NCBI GenBank assembly: GCA_001687465.1
Contig: LVLI01000129.1
Coordinates: forward strand, 1 to 32,785
DNA length: 32,785 nucleotides
Direction: 5' to 3'
DNA from: Halocafeteria seosinensis
Taxonomy: Eukaryota
The position numbers and the translations under genes are program-made. Numbering within the stretch: position 1 is the first letter of the stretch; every line of letters starts with the position of its first letter. The notes beneath the pieces were generated by a model. That model saw only the letters and a program-made list of their open reading frames with translations, did no database searches and was not told the DNA's origin. Below are positions 28,304-32,785 of the stretch, piece after piece.

Positions 28304-31055
28304 ATGAACATTACTTTGAGCGGGTCTAGTATGCCAATCGTGCTGAATATGGGCTTGAGTTCCCGAACCACCATTATATATCATATTAATTTCACCTTCT
28401 GAAATGGGTAGTTCAAATGTTAAAACTTCATCAACAATCCAATTAAGGGTGCTATTGAGAAATGCTCCACCGGCAGATTCATAACTGGAGAAACTGTGAC
28501 TAATCTTAAACTGACTATCTACATAGAGACGAGCATCAGATCCGTCATAAGTAACTGTAATTAAATAGAAAGTTCCTGTCTCCAAAAAAGAAGCTGTGGC
28601 ATTAGAACCATTCTTGGAAGTGATTTCTATTTTATCATCGTTTTGATTAATTCCGAAAGCATCAGCAGTTAAACCAGAAGTATAAACAATAGCTGAAATT
28701 CCAGTTACATCAGGAGTTTGATACCAGAAACTGATTGTGAAAGGATCACTAATACTAGAACCACTGGGATGACCACCATTATTCAAGACATAATCAGAAC
28801 CGGAAGCATTTTCTATACCTTGACCGATTTTACCAGAAACTAAACTTTGACTACCCAACGTAGCATCATAAGTTCCAATTTTATCATTGTGGGGATTTGA
28901 ACCGTCAAAATTATAATGAGCACGAGCACCGTGACGAAGATTAGCTAAAGCAGATTCTGAAGGTTCACTAATTCCGTTGTTATTGCTGGTAGTAAAACTA
29001 ATATCATCATTATTTTCAAGAGGAGTTTGATTATCTCTAGCTTCACAACCTATGATATAAACTTCTTCAGGGTGAGGATTAGTAGGATCTAAGTTGAAAC
29101 CATAACCTTTTGGAACAGCTCCTTGGGTATTATTTCTATTAGCTTGAGAAAGGCAACCTTCCAATGTAATTTTCTTACAGCCAAAATCAAGACCAATTCC
29201 ACCTTCCAGACAATTTTTAGTATAGCAGTTGGAAACTAGAACATTATTAGCTTCACGGATATTAATCGCTTCCCCTAAGGGTTGATTGTCACCCTTACTA
29301 GGGTTACGATTAAAGGAATTGTTAACATCTCCATCAACGTAAAGGTTTTGAAGAACTGAATTTGAAGAAGTAACATCCATACCTACTCTTCCTACATTAT
29401 TATCATAGGTAAAAGTTTTGCTAACCTGTAGAATATTGATATCCCTAAATGTATTCTGGTTTCCACCACTAGTATCATCAACAATTCGATGAGCAGTATT
29501 GTTAGAACCTTGACCTGTATCTACCAAATCAAAACCACTAAAGATATTTCTGTTTCCACCGTTTTCAATACAACCATCCTGACAATCAGACATTTTTCCT
29601 TGCTGAAGTGGTTATCATCACAACCATCACTACCCGCAACAAAGATTCCATTTTGAGCATTCTTGAATCTCAAGTCGGAAAAAGTGTTTCCAGTACAATT
29701 GTTCTGGATATCAAAACAAAAATTGCTGCAGTTTAAAACCGAAACATTGCTAAATGTACTGTCGGTTGTGCTATTCAGATTGAAACCTTTATGAATAGTA
29801 TCTAGTAAAAGAGAATCAAACTTTAGCTTTTTAACATTCTGAAGTGAAACAGCGGGATTACTTCCACCTCCGCTATTAGTATATTGAATGTCCGAATAAA
29901 CACCATTATCTGAATCGGAAATATCTAAAGCTGAATGACAGCTGTTTTCTACATGGATGGAATCCACAGTAACATAATGTGGATCACTATCACCATTATT
30001 ATGTCTTACCCAGACAGCTGGTGAACTTGGACTTTTTACAACAACGTTCGCAACAGAGTTATGATTTCCTCCATCAATTTGGATAACCCCCGAATTTGTA
30101 GAGTCGTTCTCGGAATATAGACCATCAATGATGTTATAATTTCCATTACCATTATTGTCAAACAAAACTATAGAACCACTACAATTTTTAAATTGATTGT
30201 TAGAAAACATACAATTATTAGCAGGACAACGTATATTCAGACAGCCTTGGAAAAGGCAGTTACTAACCCGTATATTTGAATCTCCGATACCTGTGTCCAA
30301 GGCTACGTTTCCGTCATTAACTGTACAACTATTTATATTAAGAGAAAATACATTAGCAGTAGTAACGCAAACTCTATTAGCAGGCATATTGAAATAGGAA
30401 TGAGTAAGAGAAACATTATCATCACTTCCCAAATTTTTAAAGTGACAGGCAGAACCTTGTTGAGAATTAGCATTATCCACGTATAATTCAGTTAGCAATA
30501 GATCATTACAATTATCAACTGAAACTTCATAAGAAGAAGTTTCAAGAATCCTCAACCTTTGAAAGGTTGAAAAGCTAGCTTGGTTAATGTCAAGCATAAT
30601 ATCGTTAAGACTGTTAACTCCACGATTCCCGTTGTTGCCGTCTAATTCTATATCTTGAACAATCACACCACTAAAAGTTACACTTATCCATTGATTAGCA
30701 CTGGTTGCGTTAGCATCCACCCTAATTGTAGTATCTCTGCGATTAACACCCAAAAAACTAACGGGCTTATTTATTTGAATTTGGTCGTCAATAATGAATT
30801 CACCTTGACTTAACATAATACGGTCACCATCACTAGCACTTTGAATTGCCTGATTGATTTCATCTTGATCAGCTGTTCCATTACAGACAAAGTCCGCCGA
30901 ATTTTTGATAGCAGTAGGGGCATTGCTAGCAGACACCGTAATATTAGAAACATGTGAGGAATGTTTGGTTGGGATTAGGTGTTTATAATCTGATTACTAC
31001 TTTGGTTAATAATTTGAGATACACTCATTCTTTATATATATTAAGTCTAGACATT

Positions 31056-31294
31056 TTATTGAGCTAGTGTTTGATAGAAATCGTGAACAGGTTTAGGTAA
31101 TCCATTAACCATTCTGTGTGACTTACAACCAAATCCAATTTGTGCCAGATCTTTCTTAGTAGGAGGTTTCTTTGATGTTTTAGATCCGCCTTTCTTTAAA
31201 GTATCGTTTTTAGTTAAACCTTGGAAATTATCCAAAGCATGATTTTGAACTGATTTCTTAGAAACTCTAGGAAAAACAGATAAGTTTCTTCTTA
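31056..31294 (-). pseudogene. 3' end of a second lipase gene copy, truncated
   Basis: Reverse complement aligns to ~16924-17152 with mostly synonymous changes; ends ...FYQTLAQ*. Confidence 0.9.
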
Positions 31295-31470
31295 GAAAAA
31301 TTTTCTGAAATGTTGATCCCTGAAACCAAAATTCCAGAAATGTGGATTTGCCCTTGAAAAATTCCAGAAATGGTGATTTTCACACGATAATCTTTTCTCT
31401 CAGAAAATAATTCCAAAAATAGTGAGCTTCAAGCGGATTTAATTCCACAAATATGGATTTTGCCCGGGTC
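31295..31470. repeat. Probable Mutator-like terminal region with short subrepeats
   Basis: Begins GAAAAATTTTCTGAAATG exactly where lipase homology stops; AAAATTCCAGAAATG occurs twice plus degenerate copies; lies just downstream of a MULE transposase. Confidence 0.5.
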
Positions 31471-31608
31471 CCAGAGGAATTTAGTACTGCCAGGTGTGGA
31501 CTTCCAGAAGTAAACTAAAAATACGGTATTCAAAGCATATACCTTACGCACTTATTCAGACTCGATGTACATTGGAAACAGCTATAGTAGGCCGCAGTAA
31601 ACTATCAC

Positions 31609-32373
31609 CTACGAGTCTGCCCGTTCTACCTCGTCAATCGCTCGGTTGACGCACCAGAATGTGTTATGTCCAGTTTCTCCGCAATTTCTGCAGGTGATTG
31701 TACCTCTCGGTTTTCTCTTTTCCCAAGGCCCAAGGTGTCTATCTCCTGCAGATGGACGCCCTCTACTGGCAGGAGCTGATACGGGCAGTCGAAGGTTGGC
31801 ACAACAACCTTCGGATTCCACTCCTTCCTTGAGCAACGCTGAGCCACCATATAACTTTTTTACCTCAGCCAAACTTATTTCGTCGAGCGATTTATCCTCG
31901 GGGAACTGCGATTGCCATTTGTCAACGTGGTAGAAGTCATGGTTGAACAGCTTGTATCTGGGGATTCGTTCATGGTTAGACATCACGAAAACATGAATGC
32001 ATGGACGCGAGCGTGTTAAAGGAACTCCACAATCACATGTCATCAATTCTTTGTTCACAGTCCTCTTGGTATGCGAATCGTGGACGATCAATGTATTCTC
32101 GTTTGGGCCCGCTTCTATATCAAATTGCCGCGTCGCTTCGTTTGCCTGTTTACTCAGATCACGGATGATTTTCCGGCCAGCCTCCGAGAGCTTGTACTCA
32201 GCCCTCTTGTGACGCGATCAATTTTTGCTGCTCACGGTATCTCCTCGCTTCTCCCGCTATGGCTTTCTGAAGGGCGTGATAAAAGTGTGAACCTCGGCTG
32301 GGTTTGTTGGCCCTATTCATACTCTCCACTAATTGCGAAGCAGAACGGCCAAACAGATGCACAGGAGTATTAG
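31609..32373 (-). mobile_element. Mutator-like (MULE) transposase C-terminal part, frameshifted
   Basis: ASQLVESMN (catalytic Glu motif), SWIM finger CDCG...PCIH, RGRP and zinc knuckle CRNCGETGHNTFWC. Confidence 0.82.
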
Positions 32374-32785
32374 TACTGGTGTGTCTAGTCACAGCAGCAT
32401 ACAACGTAAGTAGAATGGTATCATCTTGCTCGTAGATTCTTCCGGTAGGACGTATACAATACACACGGTTAGTCTTACCCAGAGAGAGAGGTGGTGTAGC
32501 TGTTTATGCTTCTACCTTTGTTCAGTAGTATTCCAAGATCATCAACAATACACACTACTACTTGTGCCGACGACGTCTCCAAATACCAGGCGGAGGAAGT
32601 GGATCACGAACTGGTCGTCCACTTCGATGGAGCCAGTCGAGGACCTTTTAGGAATCGTCGCCGCGATGCGGGAGCTGGAGCGGTCGCAGTAGCGAGGGAC
32701 ACCAGGGTCTTCCACCTCCGTGAACATATTGGAGACAAATCCAATAATGAAGCGGAGTTGGCTGCCCTGTTCCTCGCTCTCGACA

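Larger units (their letters stand above)
25479..31028 (-). pseudogene. Giant fibre/receptor-binding protein copy 2 (~1850 aa if repaired), three single-base frameshifts
   Basis: Start ATG at 31028 is homologous to 17320. Frameshifts near 30987, 29597 and 26297 join ORFs 29521-30936, 26285-29593 and 25479-26222. Beta-helix, three LamG domains and two repeat arrays. Confidence 0.85.
10202..31294. mobile_element. Endogenous virophage-like (Lavidaviridae/Polinton-like virus) region, composite of at least two rearranged copies
   Basis: Abrupt AT-rich, intronless, compact gene array with packaging ATPase, adenain-like protease, rve integrase N-terminus, GIY-YIG, lipase and fibres. Confidence 0.88.

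Noticed and set aside
17320..31028. Diversity-generating retroelement or invertase shufflon acting on the fibres
   Set aside because: No DGR reverse transcriptase, adenine-specific TR/VR pair or site-specific recombinase is visible in the window.
10202..31294. Bacterial prophage or contaminant, suggested by tail-fibre-like proteins
   Set aside because: ATPase, protease and integrase are virophage/Polinton type; no terminase, portal or consistent Shine-Dalgarno motifs; flanks are eukaryotic.

Overview
Eukaryotic (probably protist) genomic DNA; a host gene at 4423-5324 has GT-AG introns. The left ~9.7 kb and right ~1.5 kb are GC-balanced and TE-rich. They hold Crinkler-like fragments, a YbaK/ProX gene, RLE-type non-LTR retrotransposon remnants (one with RLE, RNase H and chromodomain and an internal inversion), a DUF6939-like pseudogene and a Mutator transposase. 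Between them (~10202-31294) is an AT-rich, intronless, gene-dense endogenous virophage-like region (Lavidaviridae/Polinton-like). It encodes a truncated rve integrase, packaging ATPase, GIY-YIG nuclease, Pol-beta-type nucleotidyltransferase next to a SLOG protein, lipase, maturation cysteine protease, basic core-like proteins and two giant modular fibre genes. The region is made of at least two related but diverged viral copies in converging orientation, plus a trace of a third. Three of the four visible breakpoints abut a foldback/Mutator-like terminus. A family of palindromic intergenic repeats is scattered through the viral DNA. No capsid or DNA polymerase gene was recognisable. Family calls come from motif recognition by eye, not database searches.
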